64,000 nucleotides of DNA, taken from contig AP026143.1 in the NCBI GenBank assembly GCA_030295235.1, forward strand, positions 620,001 through 684,000, in the 5' to 3' direction. The translations under genes and the position numbers were made by a program. Source of the stretch: Fistulifera solaris (taxonomy: Eukaryota). The notes below the pieces were generated by a model. It worked only from the letters and a program-made list of their open reading frames with translations, searched no databases and was not told where the DNA came from. This document shows, in pieces, positions 12,592-24,255 of this stretch. Within the stretch, counting starts at the first letter, position 1, and every line of letters begins with the position of its first letter.

Positions 12592-13950
12592 CTATTGCAT
12601 CTCTAAGCGTAATTCCTGCATTTGCTTCTTTTCTATTTCTACACTCGACTGCAGCTTGACGGCGACAGTGATTTCTATAACTTTCAGTTCGTCACTAACC
12701 GCCATCAGTCGATTGACCTTCACTTCCACAACGTCACCGGGCTGCAGATCTTCTAGTGCTTCAAACAAGTCAGCTTCTCGATTGATTTTGGTGTTGCCCA
12801 CTTGAATAATAATGTCACCTATTTCAATGAGTCCATTCTCTGTTCGCCGTGTTCCTTTAAGACCCGCCGCAGCCGCTGGACTGCCGGGTGGGACATCCAA
12901 AATCAGGACACCATTCGTGATACCCAAGGATCGCGCTTGTCTTGATTCTAAATATGAAATGCCGATAATGGGGCGCACGACGCGACCATCCCGAATTAAT
13001 GTTTCGACAACAAATTTGATGGTATCGCTCGGTATCGCAAAGCCAATTCCGGAAGATGCCCCGGAAGGTGAGTAGATTGCCGTATTCATGCCGATTAATT
13101 TGCCCGATGAATCCAACAATGGCCCTCCGGAATTTCCTGGGTTGATAGCGGCGTCGGTTTGAATGACGTTACTGATGGGACGCCCAATGGGAGAGCGTAC
13201 TTCTCTTCCTAAGCCACTGACGATGCCTGTAGTGAGAGTATGATCCAATCCAAAAGGATTACCGATGGCCAAGGCTGTTTGTCCAACTTTGAGCCCCTTG
13301 GAAGTGCCCACAGCAATCGGTTGTAAAAGTTCCGGCGGGGCATCGACTTTGAGAACGGCAATATCTTTGCTTGGATCGACACCCACAACTTTCGCTTTAA
13401 AGACAGATCGCGCTATATTCCCATTTCCGAAAGAACTCGAACCTCGCATAGAAGTGTACGGTATCGGACCATCATTCTTACAGGACTGTTGACAGGCGGC
13501 ATCCGTTAAGATGGCAATCTGGGCGGTCAAGGCATTCCGGACGACGTGATAATTTGTAACAATGTGTCCTTCTTTATCCCAGACAAAGCCACTCCCACTT
13601 CCCAATGGAACTTCCATTATGTTGGGCGAAAATTGATCTCGTCGTTCCGTAAATGTGTCCAAGAAAACGACAGACGGCGCCGTCTTTTCGAAAATGGCAA
13701 TTCGTTTCGATTCGCTTTCCGACAAGGCACGCGCGGATTGTGGAACAATTAGGAGCGACGACAGAGCAGGAAGGGATTGTAAGAAGTGTCGACGAGTGTT
13801 GGAGGATGCGTCGCAGCCTTCCTGATCGCCGTTACATGCCGAAGCCCGTCGGCAAAACGAATGAGCTGGTCTTGAACGAAAATTTTCAGTCCATGCGAGT
13901 GAATTGTGGGACAGGAGAAGGATTGCGACCGATGTAGCAATCAAAATCAT
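12592..13950 (-). CDS. DegP/HtrA (Deg1-like) serine protease with PDZ domain, probably plastid lumen
   Basis: GSGSGFVWD, VTNYHV, DIAVL, IQTDAAINPGNSGGPL and C-terminal PDZ. Signal peptide ending SLAW, then twin-Arg TRRHFL. ATG at 13950. Confidence 0.93.
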   Translation of the reverse strand: MILIATSVAILLLSHNSLAWTENFRSRPAHSFCRRASACNGDQEGCDASSNTRRHFLQSLPALSSLLIVPQSARALSESESKRIAIFEKTAPSVVFLDTFTERRDQFSPNIMEVPLGSGSGFVWDKEGHIVTNYHVVRNALTAQIAILTDAACQQSCKNDGPIPYTSMRGSSSFGNGNIARSVFKAKVVGVDPSKDIAVLKVDAPPELLQPIAVGTSKGLKVGQTALAIGNPFGLDHTLTTGIVSGLGREVRSPIGRPISNVIQTDAAINPGNSGGPLLDSSGKLIGMNTAIYSPSGASSGIGFAIPSDTIKFVVETLIRDGRVVRPIIGISYLESRQARSLGITNGVLILDVPPGSPAAAAGLKGTRRTENGLIEIGDIIIQVGNTKINREADLFEALEDLQPGDVVEVKVNRLMAVSDELKVIEITVAVKLQSSVEIEKKQMQELRLEMQ

Positions 13951-14037
13951 GCTTATTCGATCCGTAATCAAGTTTTGATGTTTCCAAATGATGAAGGTGA
14001 GATAATACACTATATAATGGCTTCGTAATTAAAATAA

Positions 14038-14234
14038 CTAGCCGCCTTCGGCGTCTAGCCCCTGCAGGGCTTTTTTCGTTCTCGCCCTTCCCGCAAGCGG
14101 GGGGCTCGATCCCCGGGGATAGCGTCAAATCCGTGATTCAGACACCCGGGACCAGCGTTACGTTACGTTACGTGACACACACACACACGGACACAGCGCG
14201 CTATTATAAATAGATAGATAGATAAATAGATAGA
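14038..14234 (-). mobile_element. Short non-autonomous Helitron-like element (197 bp)
   Basis: Minus strand: A|TCTATCTATTTATC... to ...CGCCGAAGGCG-G-CTAG|T, i.e. 5'-TC, 3' hairpin + CTAG, A/T target, no TSD. Internal (TCTA)n, (GT)n and (AACGT)n microsatellites. Confidence 0.65.
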
Positions 14235-14450
14235 TGTGGAAAAAGTCGCTTATATTTTGACCGCGACGGCGCGACGAACCACGTCACTTCACACCTGGAA
14301 CCCGGAGGAAGAAATACTAAGGCGTCTCTCCCAAGAGCCACTTGATTTAGCCTAAATCTAAAGCATCATACTATTCCTTTACGTGACTACTCACTTAGTT
14401 GACTGAATTCATCCGGATGATCTCAATTTTCATGTCGCAGCACGAGGTTG

Positions 14451-15975
14451 CTAAAGTCTTCGTCTCCGTTTTTGATCGTTGACCCAAAGTGAGTCTGAAG
14501 GAGAAACACTTTCAATAATGTCACTCAACGGTGCGCACTGAAACAATTCACATAATACATCAGTATGATGCGAGAGCAACAGACCAGTGCATGGAAAGTC
14601 ATACATTGCGCTTTGCAAAAGGGCGATGGCCACCAAAGAAGAGCGCTCCGACGATGGGTCAACAAGCAAGTCTGTCGAACCTTGATACAAGCGATTTAAA
14701 AAGTAGAGCCTGTCAATCAGGTAACCATCCGAATAAAGATTTCCGTTCTCATCTGTAACAACGATTTGCCTGTTGTGAGAGAGCAATTCTCGAAGATGAT
14801 AAAAGTCGGGTCCAAAGGCTTCATTGTACACATTTACTTTGACGGATTTCAGACCTGTGTGGTCCGCGACACTTTTGAACAGGGCACCGATGTGCGAATC
14901 CCATTGTAGGTCCTTGTTGTACTTGGTACTCAAATCCAAAACATTGAGACTGCAATTTGCCATTACGGCGCTGATCATTTCTTGTAAGACACAATCGGGT
15001 AAACCAGCATATCTGAAATCGAAATGAAACCTGATCTTCAACTCCACCGAAAGCAGCAATGCGACGGAAGAGCGCAATAAGAAACTCCGTTGGGAAGTCG
15101 AGACCACTGTTGCGTATGACAACATCAAGCTTTTTCGCCACTATGTTCAACGATTGAAAAATGCCCTCCATTATATCCGGATCCGCGTACAGATCATACT
15201 TCAGATGATCGACTGGTGCAGCGAGGGGGAGAATAGAGACCTTACCGTTGTAATCTAAGCAAGGTAAATTCAAGTGCTCTATGCAATTGACTTGGAAAAG
15301 GCGTTCCAGTTCGTCTGAGGCAAGATCAATGTGCCCCTTGAATGTTAAGCTTCCAAAAGATGACGTGCGTTTCTCAAGCGCTTCGACAAAGGCCCAGCCG
15401 CAACCTTCAAACTCGCAATCTTGAAATGTTACATGTAACGGATGAGGTCTTGTCGCCAATAGCGAACACTGAAGCGCACTCAAAGTTAGGTTGCGAAATT
15501 CTATAACACGTAACGGTGTCCTCAAAATTCGTTTCATGCACCTCGCCCGAACACGGCGAAAAAGCATTGTATCCTCCCCATAATCACGTGCGTTTATGAT
15601 CAAACGAGAGCTTGTTTCATACGGCTTCTCCAAGCTCATGAAAAACGCAGCCGTTTTTGCAACTTGATGGTGCGTGATGCCAAAAATTTTAAATGTAAGA
15701 CCCTGGTCATAAAATTTGACCGTCAACGACTCCTCATCTTCAGTTTCTGGATAGTCTCTACTACCATGAGGGGTCACATATGTTAGCGTGTTGTTGTCTC
15801 GCCAAATAGCAACGCTTTCTCCGTACTGATTTAATTCGTTGAGGTCAACAGGTTTGCGGAGTAGCTTGTAAGTGATTCATTTTCCGTATCTCCAATGAGC
15901 CACTTGGTCGTCCTCGCAAAGGTCCGGCGGAATCACTTCCAACAGCGGAATGCTGGCATCGTTTTCTTTTGACAT
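14451..15975 (-). CDS. Expanded RNI/LRR-like family, copy 2 (frameshifted)
   Basis: ATG 15975 MSKENDASIPLLEVIPPDL..QVAHW; ORFs 14821-15777 and 14451-15128; ends KRRRRL. Confidence 0.75.
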
Positions 15976-16084
15976 TTATTCAATTTCGCTAGCAGTGTTG
16001 GTTGCATATCTTCCTTAAATAATAAGCAAGTGCTATGTTGGAGCCGAATAATGCAACCAGTACCAGTAACGGAACGCTGGTACA

Positions 16085-16400
16085 GTCGACGCGTGGAAAC
16101 CACGTAGGCCTCCGTAAGGAAATTTATCGACAGAGGGAAACCCGGATATGGATCAATTTTGAATGCATCCATTTTCGGGTGTCATTGGCAGCGCTAGATC
16201 AATAAATACGCACCCGACAGTGTTATCGCATATCATAAAACTATAATCGTTGTTATTGGAGCAGAAAACATCCAAAAGAGGGAAAATGAAACGGTTGTAA
16301 AATCGACGCCTAGAACCACGTAGGCCTCCGTAAGGAAATTTATCGACAGAGGGGAACCATATGAATGCATCCATTTTCGGGTGTCATTGACAGCGCTATC
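16085..16400 (+). repeat. ~216-bp unit x1.5 carrying the dispersed CACGTAGGCCTCCGTAAGGAAATTTATCGACAGAGGG motif
   Basis: Motif starts at 16101 and 16317; each is followed by gaatgcatccattttcgggtgtcattg. Confidence 0.85.
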
Positions 16401-16719
16401 AATTTCAACACCGTATATATCATTCTTCCATGGTCGCTTTAGTAAAAAATTTGATAGCATATTCACTGTCGCGATAAAATAAGGATGTTGCGGGAATCGT
16501 GACTCGTGACCCTAATGCAGTCGTGACACACTCCCGCCTAATTGAAGGCTTGGAAACGTTTTAGGCCTTGGTTATGACAATTCATGCTCGTTGTTACCGG
16601 GATCACGGATTGCTACATGCACTGCAGGATAAAATTTAGTCAAAGTGTGTTCGCTAAGAAACTAAGTTATAAAGCATACTAAGGTTTTGAATGCAAGTCT
16701 CAAATAAAGTTCCCCTAAA

Positions 16720-18287
16720 CTACGAATGGGCTCCCGACCCTGTTTTGACAGAACCACCATGAGCAGTTTCTCTTTTCCGTTTCCTTCTCTGAATTGCTGG
16801 CGAGGGAGAAGTGCCTTCTTGTTCACTGAGTTCATCTTGTGGAGCAAGTTGAAGTAATTCAAACAATATATCGGCATGATCCGACAGTAGCAGTGCAGAT
16901 CGCTGAAAAGACTTCAAGGCACTCCCTAACAAGGCTTTCGCCACGTAAACCTGCCGCTCTGGCGAAGGATCTGTCGACAAACTCAGTGAGCCCCGATAGA
17001 AGTGATTAAGACGGTAAAGTTTCCGGATGGTCTCATCGCCCCAATAACGTTCTCTATTGTCATTCATCACTTCAATGTATCTGTTATTAGTGAGCAGCTC
17101 TTGAAGATAGGAGTAATCATACTGGTGACGGGGACCAAATGCAGCTTCGTCAACATTCAATATCACGGTACGAAGTCCTTTGTGATTCTTTATCCCATCA
17201 AAAGTGTCTGCACATGACGATCCCACTCCAAGTCGTCGTCATAAATACTTAAATCAAGAACCTTCATATTGGGGTGCGTATTGACAACGCGAATCAGCTC
17301 CTTGACAACACTCTTGGGTATTTTGGAGTCACAGTCAAGAAAATCGAATCTAATTTTGAACTCCACCAAATGATTGAATTCAGCCAGGCGTCGAAGAAAG
17401 GAAAGCACGGGATCCTTTGGAAAGGATTCGATTTCTTCGTCTTCTGTTTCTTCTATCGTCAGATCAAGCTTTTCCGTCACAAGATTCAATGAAGCAGCAT
17501 TCAGAAGGAGGGAAGGGACAATTTGGTAGCGCAGGTGACCAGCTTTTGTGGAAAACGGAAGAAAAGCAATTTTATTCTTCAAATGAGGTAAGCTTAAAAA
17601 CTCTATTGTGTCAATTTGTAAGAAACGCTTGAGGTTTTCGTCGTCGAAAGGTACGCTTTCATCCAAGAATAGCGAACCAAATGATGTCTTCCGGTTCTCG
17701 AGGGTTTCTATGAAGGCAACACCGCCGTCTTCAAACTCACAATATTCAAGCCTCAAAGATATCGGATGAGGTCTGCTCGCGAGTATAGTAGCTTGCTGTA
17801 TACTCAGCCTGATGTTTTCGAGGCGGATGCTCCGTTTTGGCGCCGCCGTGAACAACTGGGTGAAACACATAGAGCTTAGAGCACGAAAATTCAAGGCAGA
17901 TGTACCACGACCTTCTATAGAAAATTCAGAATCGGCTCGCTTCTTCTTCTCCAAACCCAAAAAGAATTCAGCCGTTCGCGCAACGGCATCCTGTAGGAGG
18001 CCAAAAATGTACAATGTAGGTCCATCATCATAGTGCAAAGATAGATGATAATTCTCTGCCAAGTCGTAAGAATTGCGCGGCACGACATAAGTCAGGGTCC
18101 CATTATCACTCCAAACGGCGAAGCAGCGCTTCTGTTTGTTTAATTCTTTCAGATCAAGTGGGTTGCGAAGGAACCTGTAGGTGGACCTTTCACCGGCGTG
18201 GTGCCAGCGAGCCACTTGTTCCGGCGCGAGGAGATCCGATGGAATCTTTTCCATGAGCGGGCTCGTGTCGGTCTTTCTGTCTGCCAT
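16720..18287 (-). CDS. Expanded RNI/LRR-like family, copy 3 (frameshift near 17195)
   Basis: ORFs 17190-18287 and 16720-17226 with family motifs; tail RRKRKRE. Confidence 0.8.
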
Positions 18288-18679
18288 TCTTGTACGTGAA
18301 AGGCAAAAGAAGGATAAAGGACGCTATTTGAGAACGAATGCATGTACTACGTATTTTTTTTTCTCCTACCTGGTAGGTCTACTATAACATTCTGTTGTTC
18401 TCCTTGTTTGTCCTCATCGTCACATCGTCACTCGTCAATTGATGATTAATGATTATTGATGCTGTATGTTGATGCGACATGCGACGCGCAATCATGACTG
18501 AAACGAAACAGTCGTGCTGAAAAAGGTATCGCACAATATGGGCCTATAGTCTTGTAAAGAGAAATTGAATCCACTCCCAAGAGTGAACGTAAGCAACTTA
18601 CGCTTTCTTGACAAGCCTAGTAGCTACCTCACTTAACGGAGCGTTGCCAAACTGGACTTAAACAGCATAATTGATCGGT

Positions 18680-19745
18680 GATTTTGGACCTACAGAGATT
18701 CTGAGCCGATTCCAGAAAATCTGGAATAGTGCTGGGTCATACAGAAATTCTGCGAGTGGTCCAGAATTTCTGGACCATCGGTGTTTGGGTCTTACAGAGG
18801 TTCTTAAATTCTGAAATTGATGTGTCAAGGATTCGATAAGATCTTTGGACGTTCCAAATAATCTGGAATCGTAGATTTGGGTCCTACAGAGATTCTGAGC
18901 CGATTCCAGAAAATCTGGACAAGTTCTGGGTCATACAGAAATTCTGCGAGTGGTCCAGAAATTCTGGACCATCGGTGTTTGGGTGTTACAGAGGTTCTAT
19001 AAGTTCTGAAATTGATGGTTCAAAAGTATTCGATAAGATCTTTGAACGTTCCAAATAATCTTGAATCGTTGATTTTGGTCCTACAGAGATTCTGAGCTGA
19101 TTCCAGAAAATCTGGAATAGTGCTGGGTCATACAGAAATTCTGCGAGTGGTCCAGAAATTCTGGACCATCGGTGTTTGGGTCTTACAGAGGTTCTTAAAA
19201 AATTCTGAAATTGATGTGTCAAGGATTCGATAAGATCTTTGGACGTTCCAAATAATCTGGAATCGTAGATTTGGGTCCTACAGAGATTCTGAGCCGATTC
19301 CAGAAAATCTGGACAAGTTCTGGGTCATACAGAAATTCTGCGAGTGGTCCAGAAATTCTGGACCATCGGTGTTTGGGTGTTACAGAGGTTCTATAAGTTC
19401 TGAAATTGATGGTTCAAAAGTATTCGATAAGATCTTTGAACGTTCCAAATAATCTTGAATCGTTGATTTTGGTCCTACAGAGATTCTGAGCTGATTCCAG
19501 AAAATCTGGAATAGTGCTGGGTCATACAGAAATTCTGCGAGTGGTCCAGAAATTCTGGACCATCGGTGTTTGGGTCTTACAGAGGTTCTTAAAAAATTCT
19601 GAAATTGATGTGTCAAGGATTCGATAAGATCTTTGGACGTTCCAAATACTCCGTAATGTGGAATCGTTGATTTGGGTTCTACAGAGATTCTGAGCCGATT
19701 CCAGAAAATCTGGAATAGTGCTGGGTCATTACAGAGGTTCTGGGT
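18680..19745. repeat. Tandem satellite, ~197-bp monomers alternating A/B (394-bp higher-order unit), ~5.4 monomers
   Basis: TGGTCCAGAAWTTCTGGACCA at 18757, 18951, 19148, 19345, 19542. Identical spurious ORFs are offset by 394 bp. Confidence 0.95.
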
Positions 19746-19899
19746 CGTACAGTCATCGAGCGGGTGATGAGTCTGATTTGACCTTTAAGACAGTTTCGAG
19801 AGCTGCTACTACGAATAATGCTGTTCAGCAATATTTCTTCTACTTTTATCTTACAAGCGTCATTATAACAGTTTCGATTGACATGGCAGACATTCATTT

Positions 19900-20405
19900 T
19901 CTAGTGCGTAGTTTGAGCTCCTCGTTGTAACCCAGATTTTCCAGGCGCTTGAACAAACTAATGATTTTCGTAACAGCGAGAGCTAGCGTTTTGAGCACAA
20001 CGTCACCCGTTTGAAAGTTGGGACCGCACAGTGAGAACGTGAGGATATCGTGATCCAGATGATCGACTCGATGATCGACTTTCTTTGGTGGTAAAGGGTA
20101 GAAGAACGAGATCGTCGCTCAGTAGAGGTAGACCTAAACGTCCAATCGCGTCGAGCTGCAATAGCCGCTTCAAATTGTCATCATTCGACGGTAAAGAATT
20201 GACAAACGCAAGTGTTTTGAAGGACGACCTGTGACTCCTAGCCGCATCGACACAAGCTTTTACTTTCATCAGTTAGAATGTACAGTCCTCCAGAATCAAT
20301 TCTGTAGGACTGTCGCCAGCACAGCGGATTGCGCCGAACTTAGTTTCAAATTTCGAGACTCCAAAGTACGCGACGGGGCAACTTCAAAGATACGCGGCAA
20401 ACACT
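19900..20405 (-). pseudogene. Decayed partial duplicate of family copy 4
   Basis: Near-matches to 21000-21500 (SSFKTLAFVNS..NDDNLKRLLQLD; ttttccaggcgcttgaac) with internal deletions. Confidence 0.75.
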
Positions 20406-20479
20406 GGGGCGGCAATCGCAATGTCCATTTTGTCTCGTAGGCCAAGATACGTATTCTCCTTCGTCGCTAAATGTTGCCT

Positions 20480-21941
20480 CTAGTGTTCGTCTGAGACTGC
20501 TCCCTGAACTAATTCGTTCAAGGCATCAGCATGATGTGATAACAAAATAGCCGAGCGGCAAAAATCGTTCGAGGCTTGTTCCACTAGAGCAGTACCCACC
20601 AGTGACACTCGCTCCAAAGGCGGTTGTATCGCGAGTTCCGCCGAGCCGTGAAAGAAACGATGCATCGCATAGAGCTCATCCACCAAGGAACCATCCGTAT
20701 AAATGTCATCATTTTCATTGGTCACAATGATGTTTGGATTGCGAGCTAATAACTTGCGAAGATGCATGTAATTCGGGCCGAACGCTGCCTGGCATACATT
20801 GAGCTTTATGACACGCAGTCCTGGGTGATCTTTTAGACCGTCGAAAAGTGTTTGTACGTGCATATCCCATTCCAGATCGTCTTCATCGGTGCCCAAATCA
20901 AGTACCTTCAAATTAGGATTCGCCATCACCGCGCTGATCAGTGTGTACGAAACAAACCTAGGTATACCAGCCTCGTTGTCATCGAACTTGAAACGGAGTT
21001 TGAGCTCCTCGAAATGACCCACATTTTCCAGGCGCTTGAACACATCAATGATTTTCGTTTGCATGTACTTATAGTCTTGAAGCATAGTGAGCGCAAGCTT
21101 CTTTGGTACAATGTCCACCGTTTGAAACTCGGGCTCGAACAGTGACAACGTAAGAATATCGTAATCCAGATGATCGATTTTCGCAGCAAAGGGCAGAAGG
21201 GCAAGGTCGTCGCTCAATTGAGGTAGACCTAAACGTTCAATCGTATCGAGTTGCAACAGCCGCTTCAAGTTGTCATCATTTAACGGTGAAGAATTGACAA
21301 ACGCAAGTGTTTTGAACGATGACTTGTGACTCTCGGCCGCATCGACAAAAGCTTTGCCTTCATCACTGAACGTACATTCCTCCAAAATCAATTCTATAGG
21401 ACCAGGTCTTGTCGCCAGCACCGCGGATTGCGCCGCACTCAGTTTCAAATTTCGAAGCTCTAAAGTGCGCGACGGGGCAACTTCAAAGATATGCGGCAAA
21501 CAATCAAAACGGGCGTTACGGAAATCGAAGCCATCAATATAGGCCGTTCCTATCATTAACTAAGAACATTCTGTTGTCGAGTCCTCCAATCCAATAAAGA
21601 AAGAGGCCGTTTCAACAACTGATTTGTCCGTTCGGCCGGCAATGTTAAACATAGGCCCGCCATTAAAAGACACCACGGAAAGCATTTTTTGAAAAGGAAT
21701 GGGTAGGTCATTGCTTCCATGAGGCGTCATGTAGGTGAGCTTGTTATTCTCCCGCCAAATTGCAATGCCGTGCCCGCAATCATTCAATTCCTCCAAGTTG
21801 ACCGGAAATCGTTCGAGCTTGAACGTGGGGGGATTCGCCCCATGATTCCAACGTCCCACTTGCTCAGTGCTCAGGCTTGCGCTGGGCGAATTGAATGGGT
21901 TCAAATAAAACGCCGATATTATGTTGCCTTTTGCTTGTCAT
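20480..21941 (-). CDS. Expanded RNI/LRR-like family, copy 4 (frameshifted)
   Basis: ATG 21941; ORFs 21560-21904 (AIWRENNKLTYMTPHGS) and 20480-21556. Confidence 0.78.
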
Positions 21942-22467
21942 GATTACAAGAAGATAAGTGTTTGTGAAAAAGATATCCAGCAATAATAATAAATGCAACG
22001 TGTCGTGTGTCGTGTATCTTTTTGCGGCGGCCTTCAAAGTGAACTATATCTAATAAGTGTAGGCGTGGCGCGACTCAACAAAGATTGTAGTCCCGGCACT
22101 GGTCGAGATCCGCATTCAATAACTATGTACAACCCAGCAGCACCCCACGTATACTCCATCAATAGCGCTCCTGTCAAATAATGCTACTCTAAACATTAAA
22201 TGAGTATTAGAATGTAATCGGAGCTGCTGTGTTTGATAATGATGTTGAGAAGTCGTCGGATATGGTAAGCCGCCGGTCTTTCCTCGTCTCGAATACAGAC
22301 CATCCGGCACGACCTAACACTTTTGGAAGGTATAAGGGATCCCGGTAAACAACGCAATCAAAACTAGTTCTTACAAACCGCTACTGCTTATCTAAGAGCT
22401 GTCACGCTAGCCTCTACCAACAACATCATACCTGACTTAACTACGGCACCATTCTCCTGTCGTTTGT

Positions 22468-23981
22468 TTACGCTTTTCCTTTGCGTTTGTGCATGTCGCC
22501 TTGAGTAGGGAATGAAGGCGATTCTTCACTGAGTTCGCCGAGCTTTGCAAAGTGAATAAAGTCGTATAGTACATCGATGTGATTTGACAGCAAAAGAGCG
22601 GAACGTTGAAAATCCTTCGAGGCAACTTCCGATAAGGCAGTCCCTACCAGTGAAGACCGCTTCAAAGGAGAGGGAATCATCAGCTCCGATGAGCCTCGAT
22701 AGAAGCCGTTCAATGAATAGAGCTCGTCAATAGTCGATCCATCCGTGCAAATTTTCCCTTCATCATCGATCACTTTAATACTTCTGTTAGTGATAGAAAC
22801 TTTCGAAGAAGGGAGTATTGCGGACCGAAAGCAGAATCCTCCACAGAAAGTGTCAGGGTACGAAGCCCTTTATGTCCTTTCAATCCTTCGAACAATGTAG
22901 CCAGGTGAGGATCCCAAACCAGATCATACTGCCAAGTAGTCAAATCAAGTTCTTCCAAGTTATAGTTTGCAAGTCGGGCCCGTGTCAGTTCTCTTACAAC
23001 ACATTCGGGCACATCGTCATCCTCTTCATGAAACAGGAATCGGATTTTCAGTTTTGTCAAATGTCCTAAATCAGCTATGCGCTTTAAGAAGGCACAAATA
23101 CTCTCAATGGGACACTTTATCTCGTCATGTTCGATACAAAGATCAAGTTTATTTGGGACAATATTTAAAGAGCGAAAATCGGCTTTCATGAACGACTTCG
23201 TGAAGATTTCATACGCGAGAGAATCAACTTTAGCCGAAAAGGGAAGAAGGGAAAGTGCGTCACTTAACTTGTGCAATCCCAAATGCTCTAGCGTGTCGAG
23301 CTGCAAAAGACGTTGCAGTTTGTCATCATTTAGGGTCGGCATGAAGTCCAACGTTAACGACCCAAACTTTGTTCTCCTCTCCTCGAGTGCCATTAGAAAT
23401 AGTTTGCCGTCATCCTCAAATCGACACTCGCACAAGCTTAATTTCGTGGGTTGACGTATTAGGGTGAGAGCAGCCGCTTGGTAGATACTGAGCGTCAAGT
23501 TTTGCAGCTTCAATTCACGTGAAGGAGCCACATCAAATATGTTCATGAGCACCATAGGATCAACATCCCGAAAATCATAGCCAAAGCTACCTCCAAAGCC
23601 TATCAAAAGCGAGGAACTCTCGGGAGTGGGCTGCTCCAATCGCATAAAATACTCCGCCGTTTTCACAACGTCATCGTCATTTTTACCGGTGATTCTCAAT
23701 ATCACACCTTTGTCATTGTAGTACAACGAGAGACAGCGTTGGTCGCGAGATGGAAAATCATCACTTCCGTGGGGCGTCACGTAAGTGAGCGTTTCTTGCT
23801 TCTCCAAATCGCTATACCGTGCTCGAACTGATTCAACTCCTCCAAATGAAAAGGCTTTCGCAGAAAAATGTACGTCGGCGATTTTCTTTTGTGATTCCAG
23901 TGCGCAATTTGTTCCCTCTTGCAAAGGGGGGGAAGGAATGACTGCAAGTAAGACGTTTGTTTCGTTATATTCGTCAGACAT
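22468..23981 (-). CDS. Expanded RNI/LRR-like family, copy 5 (frameshifted)
   Basis: MSDEYNE start at 23981; ORFs 22770-24095 and 22468-22773; tail HKRKGKA. Confidence 0.78.
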
Positions 23982-24255
23982 GTTAGGAAGTACGACGGAG
24001 AGAGTGATGAAAACAAATGACGCAAAAAGAAAATTGCGAAGAAAGCGAAAAATGCGCCGCGACGCGGAATACCGGTTGCATGCTCGCTCGCACACACCTC
24101 ACACGGAATCTGGAACACTCTCAGAAAAATCTATGGCAGCTATGGTACCTTGTACAGGTACATGTTTAACTCAACAAACATACATAACTAAATAATCATA
24201 CAAAGTAATTCACACACTCTACGTGCAAGCCACCATCTTCCTTCGTCTTCTTCAT

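Noticed and set aside
18986..19616. Two identical 78-aa ORFs, and similar ORFs at 27878-29002 and 32366-33053
   Set aside because: By-products of tandem repeats; no protein features.
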